From Acidovorax facilis (GTDB lineage: Bacteria > Pseudomonadota > Gammaproteobacteria > Burkholderiales > Burkholderiaceae_C), in NCBI GenBank assembly GCA_964031875.1, contig CAXIRU010000076.1:4586-68585 (forward strand): 64,000 bases of DNA, given 5' to 3'. The position numbers and the translations under genes were made by a program. The notes under the pieces are model-generated. The model made no database searches and was not told the origin of the DNA. It saw nothing but the letters and a program-made list of their open reading frames with translations. Positions 1-10,018 of the stretch are shown here, piece by piece (within the stretch, counting starts at the first letter, position 1; the number at the start of each line of letters is the position of its first letter).

Positions 1-1613
1 TCTTGATACCAGCGCTAAGTACGCCGCCCACGCTAGCGAGCTTCTTAGCGGCGCTCAAAGCAGGAACAGTTTCTGTGACAGCGCCGCGGAAATAGACCGC
101 CTGAACCGCACTCATCAGGTAGTCGCCAAGGTTCTTCAGCATTACGATCGGGTTCACGAAGGTGTGTTGCCCTCCCCCGGTCCCAAGGCCCTTCAGAGCC
201 ATCGCCACGAGTGTCTGGCCCAAACTGGCGTTCCCGGTCTGATTCTCCATATCTCCGAACCTGCCGAAGGCCAGCGACAGCGTGTCCGAAGCACCGTTTC
301 CGTTTGCGCGCGCCCCCAGCAGCGTTAAGTACCCTGACATGGCAGTCCGCGCGTCTTCTGAGTAGGTGAACTTCTCGTCAATCAGAAGGGTCGTGGGATC
401 GACAACCGTGATCTCGACGCTCTTGAACGCATCGCTCATGGCCGTCTGCGCCTCGGCCAGAGTGGAGTACCAAGCTCCCGCGCCAAACCAGCCATATTTG
501 GTCATTGCCTGCTTGGCCTGATCCCGAACGGCCCCCCTCATCAGGCGCAGCCGACCTACCAGCCCTGGCCAGGGTGCTTGCGAACCTGCCTGCAGCGGCT
601 TCGATCTCCTGCATTGGGACCGGCGGCATCTGGCCAGTGTCCTTTGCTAATACCCAATTGGCATGCCACTGCACGGCCAAGGGCGCGACCGCAGACCATA
701 GCTCTTGCGATGCGCCGGGAATACCCGCCCGCATCGCGTTGCTGATCGCGTAGTAATTTACGCTGTTCACACTGAACCCGAAGGTCGGCGGCGTGCCCGA
801 TGTGTCCCGCACTTCCGCCTGGAGCGACTTGACCTCCATACGGCCGCAAAAGTCGTCTGTGCCACCGAGATCCTTCACGCGTCCCCAGCCAATAATGGCC
901 TGAGCTTTCACCGCGCCGACTGATGACGTGTGCCGAACAAGCCGCTCGCTCGGCGACACATTGGGCATCTGCGAAAGGTACCGGGCATGTGCAGCGGCAC
1001 AGACCTCCGACGAAAAGATTCCATAGGCCAAGCCCAGCGGCGTGCCGTCACCAATCTTTTCGCCCACGGCTGGACGCACCATGCCACTGAATTGATCGAA
1101 GCCAGTGATGACTTGGTTCCATCCGTAGTTGGCCAGCCCAATGCCCAACAAGGAAGCGAGCATCATCACAGCCTGGGCAAGGGAGAAGCCGCCAAAGAAT
1201 GGAATCATGCCGGCGACACCGGTGACCATCCGCACAGGCATCCAGATCGCCGACATGCGTCGCCCCAGCACCTGGCCCTCGTGCGCGGTCTGTACGATGC
1301 CAGCACCGATTCCCTAGCTGGCAAAGATCACACCGATTAGGAACACAAACGTGTTCAGGGTCAGAAACAAGTTGCCAAACAGCGTCTGTGGAGCTCCCAA
1401 CGTAGTGAACGGATTCTTCAGGTGATCGCCGATCAGGTGCTCGAAGACCCGCATTGAAGCATCACCAGCCGGAATAGTGCTGAGCACGTCCTCCGCCTTC
1501 GACAGGCCCTGACCCTGTGCCCACGCCTGCAGTGGTATCGCCAAGCTGGCCACCAATAGGCCCAGGCCCGCAAGCGCGAGCAGCCATGGAAAGGGAGAGT
1601 TACTTTTTTTCAT
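1..1613 (-). pseudogene. traY: DotA/TraY family T4BSS membrane protein, disrupted and running off the window start
   Basis: ORFs 1314..1613 and 378..1271 are in frame across a TAG at 1314-1316 (TAHEGQVLGRRMSAIWMPVR motif). A frameshift at the C6 run 532-537 continues as KYGWFGAGAWY...NPIVMLKNLGDY. Confidence 0.8.
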
Positions 1614-1628
1614 GGCTGCTCCGGGTGA

Positions 1629-2641
1629 TTAGAGCGTGGTGAACGTGTAAGCCTTGCTCCAGGCCGTAGCGTTGCCGGTCATGCTCTTCGTGGGGTACAC
1701 GTTCCCGCGAGCCTCGACGCGGTAGCTGGTGTTCATGGACAGCATGCCTTTGCTGATCCACACCGAGCGCCAGGCCACACCCTCCAGGTTGTGCCCCTTG
1801 ACCTGCTGCACAGGGATCATGTCGCCAGTGGCCACGTTGCGCAGCGAGATCGAAGTGACCTCGATGGCGCCGTCCTTGTTGGTCTCGAAGTTCAGGCCAG
1901 GACCGAACCTGCCGCCCAGCTCGGGGGCTGGGTCAGGGATCTCCGGGCCACCATTTGCCGAAACCAGCGTACTGCCCTCGCACGGGAAGGTGCGGACTTC
2001 ATTGGTGGGGACCGCGTTCAGGCGGCTACCGCCGTAGTTGAACACCACTGTGCTGCTCATGGCACCCGCCGGATAGTTTGCGCTGTCTGGATCTGGCGCG
2101 TTGCCAATGCCGATTTCGGTCCATTGGCTCAGCAACGATGCCTGGTGGTAGGGAGCTGCCAGCAACCCTGTCGTGTACCGGCCATTCAAGCCACCGTAGC
2201 CGCCGACACCCTCGCTGGCATTGTCTGCGCGCTCGGAGGTGCCGCCCGCAGCGACGATGCGCTCGAAGAATGTCACACCAGTGAAGCCAGGGCGGCTCGG
2301 ATTCTCCTCATGCCCCCCTGAAAATTATTCAGCGCGATGTAGTTTGCATGGGCCTGGGCCGCTTTGCTCAGATCACGAACCGCGGCCATGCGAGGGTAGC
2401 CACAGTGGCCAATCACCTCGTTCAGTGTGTCGAGCGCGAGGGCCGGGGTGGACCCTGCGGCGTAGGTCACAGCTGAGCCTGCGGGGACGGTCGTTCCGGG
2501 CGTGCTGGGGGTTTCGGGTGTGCTAACACCGGACTGACTATCACCGCCACCGCCGCCGCAGGCCACGAGCACTGCGGCCACAAGGATGGATGCTGCTGCA
2601 GCAGCAGCGCGACGAGAGTTGGAGTTGAGACGTGCATTCAT
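1629..2641 (-). pseudogene. CAP/SCP-domain lipoprotein, frameshifted
   Basis: Lipobox LVAC-GGGG; AAQAHANY joins HEENPSRPGFTG..ERIVAAG across the C6 run at 2313-2318. Confidence 0.75.
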
Positions 2642-2704
2642 TTTTGGACTTTCGGTTTGTTTGAGATCTGGGTGAATGGGCAAGTAGTAGCAGCAGCCAC
2701 CGCG

Positions 2705-4447
2705 TCAGTACCCGCCGCTTGAGGAGCACTGAGGCACGAGACCAGGCGTGCGACTGGGAGTCACAGTCCAGGTGGTACCGCTGCACGTCGCCGTTGCTTG
2801 GCCAGAGCAGTACACGGGAGGGGAATTACCATCCCCGCCAGGCGCATACAGGGCGCCCGCGCCGCCAATCTGCGATGCCTGATACCAAACGAAGGGCGGC
2901 ATCATGTTGATGACGCTGGAGGAACCGCTCGAAGCCGCCTTCATGAGGAAGCGAATCCCTCCGTTGCCCACGCCATACAGCACGCCGTCGGCAGCCGCGC
3001 AGCCTGTCGGCGCAGGGGGCAAATATTGCTGGTTACAAGAGCCGCTGAAGGGATTGCCCCACGAACCATTGCTTCCGCACGTCACGTACGCTGATCCAGT
3101 AGTGCCCGTTGTGTCGACCAGTTCGAGGGTATTGCCCGGCTGTGTCGCCCGCGCCCACGAATCGCATAAGAACCCACCGGCCGTCCAACTGAACGTCCCA
3201 GCTGGACAGGTGCTCGTGCTTGGAGCGGGGGGTGTTGGCGGTGTCACCACCGCCGCATTGCATGTTGCGCTGTAGGGCGTACCCCAGGTGCCGCCGTTGC
3301 AGGTGGCATTGGCCGAGCCAGTCAGGGGTGCAGTGCTGTCCGAGAGGAACGCATACCCGCCGTTCGATGTCGCCGAAGCTGTGGCCGAGCAGTAGTTCGA
3401 ACCGACATACCAACCCAGGTTGGCCGCAGCACAACCAGTCGATGGAGGAGTCGACCCACCGCAAGTGCGGGAGCTGTCACTTTGCCAGGAACCGTTGTTG
3501 CAGGTGAATCGAGCACTGCCTGTCGCTCCGTCCGACCCCTGAGAGTCCGTCAGTTGGACCTGCTGGCCTTGCGTGCCATCAGGCAAAGGCCCAGCCATGC
3601 ATGTGGCGCTGGCGCCACCACCAAAGACAGGACCGCCGTGCTGCCAGTAGGCCATGGACTGGTATGGGCAGCCAACGTTTTCAACACACGACTTGGCGCC
3701 CATCACCCACGTGCCGTTCGTGCAAGTGAAGCTTGCAGAACCAGTCGTGGGCGCGATGTTGTCGGACAGCGTCAGGGATTGCCCAGGCGTGCCCAAGGGC
3801 AGTGCGCCACCAGAGCAGCTAACGCTAGCCCCTCCGCCAATGGCGAAGCCACCTGGAGACCAGGTGGGCGTCGTTCCACCCGGGCAGTTGGCCGGAGCGC
3901 AGGTTGCGCCAGCATTGGCAGTGCCCCATGTGCCGGTCACGGAACAGGTGAAGCTTGCAGCGCCCATCGTCGCGCCGGACGCGGTCACAGAGGCCGTCGC
4001 ACCAGCGGAAGTGGACAACGCCGGGCCCGAGCACGAATAGCCATTGGCCGTCCAAGACAACGTGCCTGCAGCGCATGGCGCGGCTGTGCAGGAGGAGGCT
4101 CCTGTTTTGGTCCAGGTGCCGTTCGTGCAGGTGAAATTCGCGTTGCCGGTGCTCGTGTTGGTGGAAGACACCGTTTTGACGATGCCATCGAGCGCCGCGC
4201 CAACACTTGCCTGGCAAGTTACGCCAGGCGCACCGGTCCAGGACACCGTGCCGCCATTGCAAGGGATGGGCGACGCCGTGCCGCCTGCCGACGGAACACA
4301 GGCTGGCGGTGTTGCGTTGGACCACCGGAATCCAGCGGGGCAGTCGAAGCCAGGAGCCGCTATCCCAGGGCTCCCCAGGGCTGCACCCTGGGCTATTGCG
4401 GAGGTTGCACACAGCAAGGCCGCCAAAGAGAAAAGGGTATTTTTCAT
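2705..4447 (-). CDS. Secreted Cys/Gly/Thr-rich repeat protein (putative adhesin)
   Basis: Signal peptide MKNTLFSLAALLCATSAIAQ; about 6-7 repeats of C..G..SW...C...G..TGSA.FTC.NG.W..C. Confidence 0.75.
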   Translation of the reverse strand: MKNTLFSLAALLCATSAIAQGAALGSPGIAAPGFDCPAGFRWSNATPPACVPSAGGTASPIPCNGGTVSWTGAPGVTCQASVGAALDGIVKTVSSTNTSTGNANFTCTNGTWTKTGASSCTAAPCAAGTLSWTANGYSCSGPALSTSAGATASVTASGATMGAASFTCSVTGTWGTANAGATCAPANCPGGTTPTWSPGGFAIGGGASVSCSGGALPLGTPGQSLTLSDNIAPTTGSASFTCTNGTWVMGAKSCVENVGCPYQSMAYWQHGGPVFGGGASATCMAGPLPDGTQGQQVQLTDSQGSDGATGSARFTCNNGSWQSDSSRTCGGSTPPSTGCAAANLGWYVGSNYCSATASATSNGGYAFLSDSTAPLTGSANATCNGGTWGTPYSATCNAAVVTPPTPPAPSTSTCPAGTFSWTAGGFLCDSWARATQPGNTLELVDTTGTTGSAYVTCGSNGSWGNPFSGSCNQQYLPPAPTGCAAADGVLYGVGNGGIRFLMKAASSGSSSVINMMPPFVWYQASQIGGAGALYAPGGDGNSPPVYCSGQATATCSGTTWTVTPSRTPGLVPQCSSSGGY

Positions 4448-4520
4448 GAATCTTTTTGAGTGGATTGATGGTTGATGGGATACGGGCCGCTCTATGCGGC
4501 AGGAGTGAGGCGCGGGCCCG

Positions 4521-5297
4521 TCACAAAGCATCTCCCGCTGCAGAGCCAACGAGTCGCCTTGTGGTCTCCGATGCCTGGTATGCGACCCATGCCTCGTAAT
4601 CGGTGAAAGAGCAGCTGACACTCACGCGCGTCTCGCCGCCCCAGTAGCTCTCCCACGTATGGGCTCCCCGGTGGTTTTCCCGGGCCTTGCCCAGCGTCCA
4701 AGCAGCCCGAGCCCGAAGCGTTGTCACGCGCGGTTCGTAGGCTTTGTTGCGCGCCGGGGATTCCAGTCGGGTAATCGGCGGATGGATGTTTTCAGCGGCA
4801 ACACCGAGGTGTCCATACGTCCCCCTGGATGCCATCCAGCGCCCGAACGCGGCACGGCCGCTGTCGCTGCCCAACTCCTGCATCAAGCCACTCTCCCACT
4901 GGACTGCGGCGTCGTCGGCCCACCGAGCCTGAGCCTCAGCTTCAAGTTCCCGCTCAGCAGCCGCGCTGAACTCGGATGCGAAAAACGCGTGGAATTGACG
5001 GGCCCAGTCCGCCAGCTCTTCCAGTTCTTTTGCCAGTTCGACCAACGCGGATGAAGCGGCAGATAGCGCCAACTGGTGTTGGGGTTTGAGGTTGGTGAAC
5101 TGCTTGCCGGTGTTCTGCATCAGCGTGACCGCACGTCGTGCGCTCGCTAGCTCTTTCCGAATCGCCGTGTCTCCATTCCACTGCGCTTCGGATTGCCACC
5201 GTTGAATCAGCTCCGGGGATGGGGTGCCACGGCTACGGCCTCGCTGGGATTCGAACAGCGCCAGGTAGTCAGTTGTGAAGTAGTCAGCTGTGGGCAT
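4521..5297 (-). CDS. Hypothetical protein
   Basis: Long ORF with GGAG RBS before MPTADYF; same-strand operon. Confidence 0.65.
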   Translation of the reverse strand: MPTADYFTTDYLALFESQRGRSRGTPSPELIQRWQSEAQWNGDTAIRKELASARRAVTLMQNTGKQFTNLKPQHQLALSAASSALVELAKELEELADWARQFHAFFASEFSAAAERELEAEAQARWADDAAVQWESGLMQELGSDSGRAAFGRWMASRGTYGHLGVAAENIHPPITRLESPARNKAYEPRVTTLRARAAWTLGKARENHRGAHTWESYWGGETRVSVSCSFTDYEAWVAYQASETTRRLVGSAAGDAL

Positions 5298-5361
5298 AGG
5301 GTTCTCCAGTTGAATTGAGGTTGTTGTGCAAGGCTGCGGCCATGGGCCCAGCCGTCGCTCG

Positions 5362-5532
5362 CTACCGGCGGCGCCGGTGGTGAATGGCCTGACGATTGCG
5401 TTCTCGTGCCCAGCCCTGGCGCCAGCCGACCCGCGCAGCGCTGCAGGCGGTGGCCAGGAATGCCAGGCAACGCAGGGCGGCATGAAATGCCACGAGCGTC
5501 AGCAAGAGGGAGAGGTGCGCCAATCCAGCCAT
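5362..5532 (-). CDS. Small hydrophobic/basic peptide (56 aa, below the ORF-track cutoff)
   Basis: Manual translation MAGLAHLSLLLTLVAFHAALRCLAFLATACSAARVGWRQGWARERNRQAIHHRRRR; fills the operon gap. Confidence 0.4.
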   Translation of the reverse strand: MAGLAHLSLLLTLVAFHAALRCLAFLATACSAARVGWRQGWARERNRQAIHHRRRR

Positions 5533-5544
5533 GTGCCCTGCCCC

Positions 5545-5808
5545 TTAGAACTCGCGGCCAGTCAGCGCCGCAATTTCAGTCCGCATGACAAAGCACGCAG
5601 CGACGTAGCCGCTCCACCAATCGCTGGGTGGCGACTTGAGCAGAGACACCAGTTCCTCGCGGCATGCGATCCCGGGTGACAGGTCTTCAATACGTGCTCG
5701 ATCTCCTGGTGACAGGGCGTCCAACGCTTCCGTCTGGAGCCTCTGGAAAAGCTCAAAATCGTGCACAGCAGGTGTGGTGGTCAAGGTGTTGGTCTGCATG
5801 CCGATCAC
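5545..5808 (-). CDS. Hypothetical protein
   Basis: Overlaps the stop of the upstream ORF (GTGA coupling). Confidence 0.55.
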   Translation of the reverse strand: MIGMQTNTLTTTPAVHDFELFQRLQTEALDALSPGDRARIEDLSPGIACREELVSLLKSPPSDWWSGYVAACFVMRTEIAALTGREF

Positions 5809-6209
5809 TCCTCAACGCTGGTCGCGGCGGCAAGCTGCTCGACCCAAACACCACTGGTCACCTCCTCCATCAGCCCCTTGCGCAAGCGAACTACAGCCTC
5901 TTGCGTGAGTCGGTCAGGAGTGACGCCTTCGTCGTCTTCTTCGGCCATGGGCAACAGCTCGCCCTTGTCGAATTCCTGCTGAGCCTCCAGTTCAAAAACG
6001 CACCCGGAGGCGAAGGCTTCGCGAGTAGCTCCCCAGTTCTCATGACCCGCCAGCAACTCAAAATCACTGAAGTCGAAGTCCTGAAGATCTGCCCCCCGCG
6101 AGAGACCGATGTAGCCGCCGTGTGCCCCAATCTTTTTGATTTCAGGGTCAGTCAACGATCCGATGTAGGTACTGAGCGCTTTCTCGATTTGGGTCTTTGT
6201 CATAGACAT
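5805..6209 (-). CDS. Acidic hypothetical protein
   Basis: Strong RBS GGAGG; first gene of the operon. Confidence 0.7.
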   Translation of the reverse strand: MSMTKTQIEKALSTYIGSLTDPEIKKIGAHGGYIGLSRGADLQDFDFSDFELLAGHENWGATREAFASGCVFELEAQQEFDKGELLPMAEEDDEGVTPDRLTQEAVVRLRKGLMEEVTSGVWVEQLAAATSVEE

Positions 6210-6798
6210 AGAAATTCCTCCGTTGGTTGATGCCCCTTGGGCGGTTTTCGGATCCCGGCTTTCAGGCGTACCGGGTCCCTAGATTCAGAGCCGTTCAACA
6301 GTTGTCTGTTGCCCGTACAAGCGGCCTCCGCCTGCACCGTTTCCCTGAGTTCTTCGCCGTGCCATTAGCGGTATCAGGAGCGGTTTTCGTAGGGGGGAAG
6401 GTTTGTAAAGCGCAAGCTTTATGAACACCCCCCGCAGAAAGCCGCAGCGCCGCAAAGCGGCGCGGTCCTGATGTAGCGTTGGCCGAAGAGGCGAAGAAAT
6501 CTGGGAAACGGTGCTGGACGCAATCCAGACGGGCAACGGACGCCGCGCGGCGAGCGCCTTTTGCCGCTGCAAGCGGCACACATGCCGTGCGCAGCACGGG
6601 CGCCGCAGGCGAGAGCGCGCCAGCGCATGGCGTCCGCTTCGCGGTCGCCTGAAACCCAGGGGGTGAGCGAAGCGAGGGGGATGGCGAAGCCTTCCCCCTG
6701 CGTGAGGGACAGTCGGGCCGCATTGCGGCTGGTGACCGCCTACGGCGGGCACCACCCGTAGGGCCATGGCCCGACCCGCGAAGCGGGGCACGCCCATA

Positions 6799-9357
6799 TC
6801 AGCCACCGCGCCCACGATCACGCCGAGCCGGTGCCCGCTCAGCATCATCAGCAACAGCCCCACCAGCCTCCAGCCGCGCCTCCTCGACGATCTGCTCCCG
6901 CTGGCGCAGATCCTGGACGTCTTTGGTTTCACGACGCACCGCAGCCGCCACCCAGCGAGCCAGCTTGGCGAGAACTTGCGCAAGCGACTGAGCCAAGGTG
7001 CCAATAAACGGTTGGTCGAGCGCCTCCTTCTCGGCCCAATAGGCTGCCTGCCGACGCTCGATTTCCGTCGCAGCGAGCTTCCCGGCCTCGCTCTCGTCGA
7101 ACTCGCGGCGGGCGCGCAGCGATGCGCGCTCGGAACGTCGGAGCTCATCCTCCAACTGCGATACCTCCGCCGCCCGACGCCCGCTGACCGATTCCGCGGC
7201 TTTCTCCAGAAAGCCCATGCCCTCAAACCCCGCCTTGGCGGCATTGAGCTTGGCGCGCACGTCGGCAGTAGCCAACCGGGTCACCTCAGTGGCCAGCGGC
7301 AACCCTGCCACACGAGCGTCAGACTCGGCACTCGCGAGCGCGATCTCCTGCGCGCTGCTGCGACCCAAAGCCGCTTCTCGCTGATGCCGCTCCGCCGTCA
7401 CAGAGGCCCATTCCTTTACAGGCCCCAGTTGCCCCCAAAGCAGCTCCACTCCGCGCAACTCCGCCGCGCCCATGCGGGCGGCCTCCGCCTCCGTGGGGAT
7501 CGGGGGCAGCAGCTTGGCGAGGGCGGTCACCTGATGAGCCCGCTGAAGCCTCCCGTCAATATCTCGCTGACCAGGCAGCGGGGGAACAACCCGAGGCGGG
7601 AAACCACGCGAGAGCGAGACACCCAGACCTAGCGCGTCCAGCGCGTCCAACCGGGCCACATCGGCCTCGTGACTGGCCCCCAGGTCCTTCAGCGCCTCAA
7701 CAACGAAGTCGCCCTCATCGTGCTCGGGGGCCTCTGGCTCAGCGCTCTCCTCTGCTGCCTCCACAGCGCGGCGTAGGTCAATCAGCTGTGCCAAGGGCGC
7801 CCCCTCACCCTCCGACGCGGCTGCGGCCGACGCTCCCGCGCTGCCACCAGCGGCCGGGTCCACACCGCCCTCATCTTCATCCCCGTCATTCGCCGCAGCC
7901 ACATTCAGGAAGTCCAGGGCCGGCTCGGTCGGCTTGGCCTCCGCCTTACGCTTAGCGTCAGCTGCCGCGGCCAGAGCCTGACGGTGCGTGGCGATTTCCG
8001 CCTGGAGCGGGTGGATCACTGCGCCTGCAGCACAAGCTGCAACCACGAGCCGACGCCGGAACTCAGGGTCCTGAAGGGCCGCGCCACTGCAGTCCAACAC
8101 TGGACCGTGACGCTGAACGGCTAGCTTCACCGCGGCCAGAACTGCATCGTCTGTCTGGGCGAAGATCAGAATGGCATCAGGAACGTCTTGGTCCTGGAAG
8201 GCAACATCGCCCGCGCCATCCAGGTATTGGTAGTACACACGCCCTTCGCCAGTCTCCTGACGCTGCATCTGAAACCCTGCCACTGGCATGCCGACGTCAG
8301 CCAGTGGTCCAGGGACCTGACCCAGCGCGGCCTGCGCAGCAGGTCGGGCGAGCGAGGCCAGCGCGATTGAGGCCTCCATCACCTCAGCATCGGCCGCTCG
8401 CGCCATGCGGCGGCGACGGGCCTGGTTTTCGGCGATCTCGGCCGCCACCTTCGTCCAACTCAGGTGCCGGCCTAGCTCGGAGCCCTTAATGCCAGAGCCG
8501 AGATCAGAAACCAAAGAAAAGCCATAAATTTCGTTCTCGGCGCCGCGCCGAGCGAATTTCACCTGGCGGCCAATTCCCTGCTCTTCTAGATCCTTCTCCA
8601 AGCTCTCTTTGAACTCACTCTCGCTCGTCGCGCGCTGCATTGCCCGCTCGACAGCCGCCGCCATTTTCTCGATATTCTCCTTAGTTGCCATTTTCTTTGG
8701 TCCTTTCAATGAATTTTTGGCAGACACATAGCCATTCTTTTTTTCTTGAATATCTTCTTTCAAACGATCTTCGCGCCGCAGCGAATCAAAAGCTTTCTGA
8801 TTGCTGTACGGGCGCCTTTCTTTGGGTCGCGTCTGTATGAGCCCTAAACCAAATTCCTTTTCAATATCACGAGCCGCTGCCTCATTTTTTCTAAACGAGT
8901 TCGAGTCAGAAATGACAGTAGCGTCATACCTAATTCTGGAGAATGCAATATGAAGATGGGCATGATTGGTCTTTCCATCACCTTCTGAATGCAGATAACA
9001 GACAAATGGGGCATCAGAAATTCCATGCGCCGCAAGTGCAATATCAACCGCCCTCGTCCACTCTTCTTTTGTTTTCAGCGCCCGCGATGGGCAGATCTGC
9101 AAATGCCCGATCGCCGTATTCAGGCCAGGGCGCAAACGTCGAACTACCGCTATTTCTCGACTTAGCTCGCGGGGAGTCCGGCCAAGCATATTGGTATAAA
9201 GCGGTTGCTGAGTAATGACGCCGTCCATATCGATTCCGCGCTCCGACTGGTAATTCACCAAACCCCTAAATGAGCGGCCATTCGTCTTTATTTTCAGGAT
9301 GCACCCCGACTCAGGACGGCGAATTTCCTCCTTGGAAAAATCCTCCTTCGCCATCAA
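6799..9357 (-). CDS. MOBP-like relaxase with LPD7-like domain and coiled-coil C-terminus
   Basis: SFRGLVNY (catalytic Tyr), HLQIC and NHAHLHIAFSRI HUH motifs; AFQDQ...AVLAAVKLAVQRHG...EFRRR LPD7-like segment. Confidence 0.85.
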   Translation of the reverse strand: MMAKEDFSKEEIRRPESGCILKIKTNGRSFRGLVNYQSERGIDMDGVITQQPLYTNMLGRTPRELSREIAVVRRLRPGLNTAIGHLQICPSRALKTKEEWTRAVDIALAAHGISDAPFVCYLHSEGDGKTNHAHLHIAFSRIRYDATVISDSNSFRKNEAAARDIEKEFGLGLIQTRPKERRPYSNQKAFDSLRREDRLKEDIQEKKNGYVSAKNSLKGPKKMATKENIEKMAAAVERAMQRATSESEFKESLEKDLEEQGIGRQVKFARRGAENEIYGFSLVSDLGSGIKGSELGRHLSWTKVAAEIAENQARRRRMARAADAEVMEASIALASLARPAAQAALGQVPGPLADVGMPVAGFQMQRQETGEGRVYYQYLDGAGDVAFQDQDVPDAILIFAQTDDAVLAAVKLAVQRHGPVLDCSGAALQDPEFRRRLVVAACAAGAVIHPLQAEIATHRQALAAAADAKRKAEAKPTEPALDFLNVAAANDGDEDEGGVDPAAGGSAGASAAAASEGEGAPLAQLIDLRRAVEAAEESAEPEAPEHDEGDFVVEALKDLGASHEADVARLDALDALGLGVSLSRGFPPRVVPPLPGQRDIDGRLQRAHQVTALAKLLPPIPTEAEAARMGAAELRGVELLWGQLGPVKEWASVTAERHQREAALGRSSAQEIALASAESDARVAGLPLATEVTRLATADVRAKLNAAKAGFEGMGFLEKAAESVSGRRAAEVSQLEDELRRSERASLRARREFDESEAGKLAATEIERRQAAYWAEKEALDQPFIGTLAQSLAQVLAKLARWVAAAVRRETKDVQDLRQREQIVEEARLEAGGAVADDAERAPARRDRGRGG

Positions 9358-9752
9358 CCAGCCATTTTGATAATCTTCTTGCGCAACTCGTCTACGTCCT
9401 CGGCCATGGCAGAAATCACAAATTCCAGATCAGAGCAACGATTGGCAATTGCCGGCTCCAGAAGTCCCTGCAAGCTCGCACTATTCAGCTGGTGGGCTAG
9501 CTGGTTCAAAAGGCCCGACCACCGGGCAGTTTCTGCATACGCTTTCATCCAATCAGGGCTTGGCGCCGCCTAGGGAACGACGGCTTCCAACAGCACTTTG
9601 CGGCTGAAGCTAGACATAGGGAGGGCTGCGCGCCGCGCGTTTTCCACAGCGGCGGCTTTCTCGGCTGGCGTCATCCAGACCGTCACGTACTCACGGCGTT
9701 TTTCCGCCAAGGGCATCGCCGAGTCGTTTTTCTGAGCTCGAATTTTTTCCAT
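9354..9752 (-). pseudogene. mobC: MobC relaxosome accessory protein with in-frame TAG
   Basis: RHH-like N-terminus (VTVWMTPAEK) and LLNQLAHQLN motif are in the same frame, split by TAG at 9570-9572; overlaps the relaxase start. Confidence 0.75.
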
Positions 9753-9839
9753 CTCGCTTGCATCCGTTTTGGCTTGCCTGCTGCGACCGTAGGGAGCGGC
9801 AGGGCCTGGTTTTTGACTGCGACCCGGAGGGAGCAGACA

Positions 9840-9910
9840 GGGGTCTGGGGGTACCCCAGCAAGCGTCGATTACAGGTGGAACACCGGTAATCGACATGGC
9901 TTGCTGAGCT
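9840..9910. other. Candidate oriT
   Basis: Long imperfect hairpin CAGCAAGC-GTCGATTAC..GGTG/GAA/CACC..GTAATCGAC-GCTTGCTG directly upstream of mobC-relaxase. Confidence 0.55.
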
Positions 9911-10018
9911 GAAAGCGACTCACCGGAGCCAATGGTGCCGAGATAGAATGGATTCGTCCGAACAACTTTGATTTTTTAGAAATTCAAACTTGCTGGGGAC
10001 GCTATCCAGGGGATTTTT

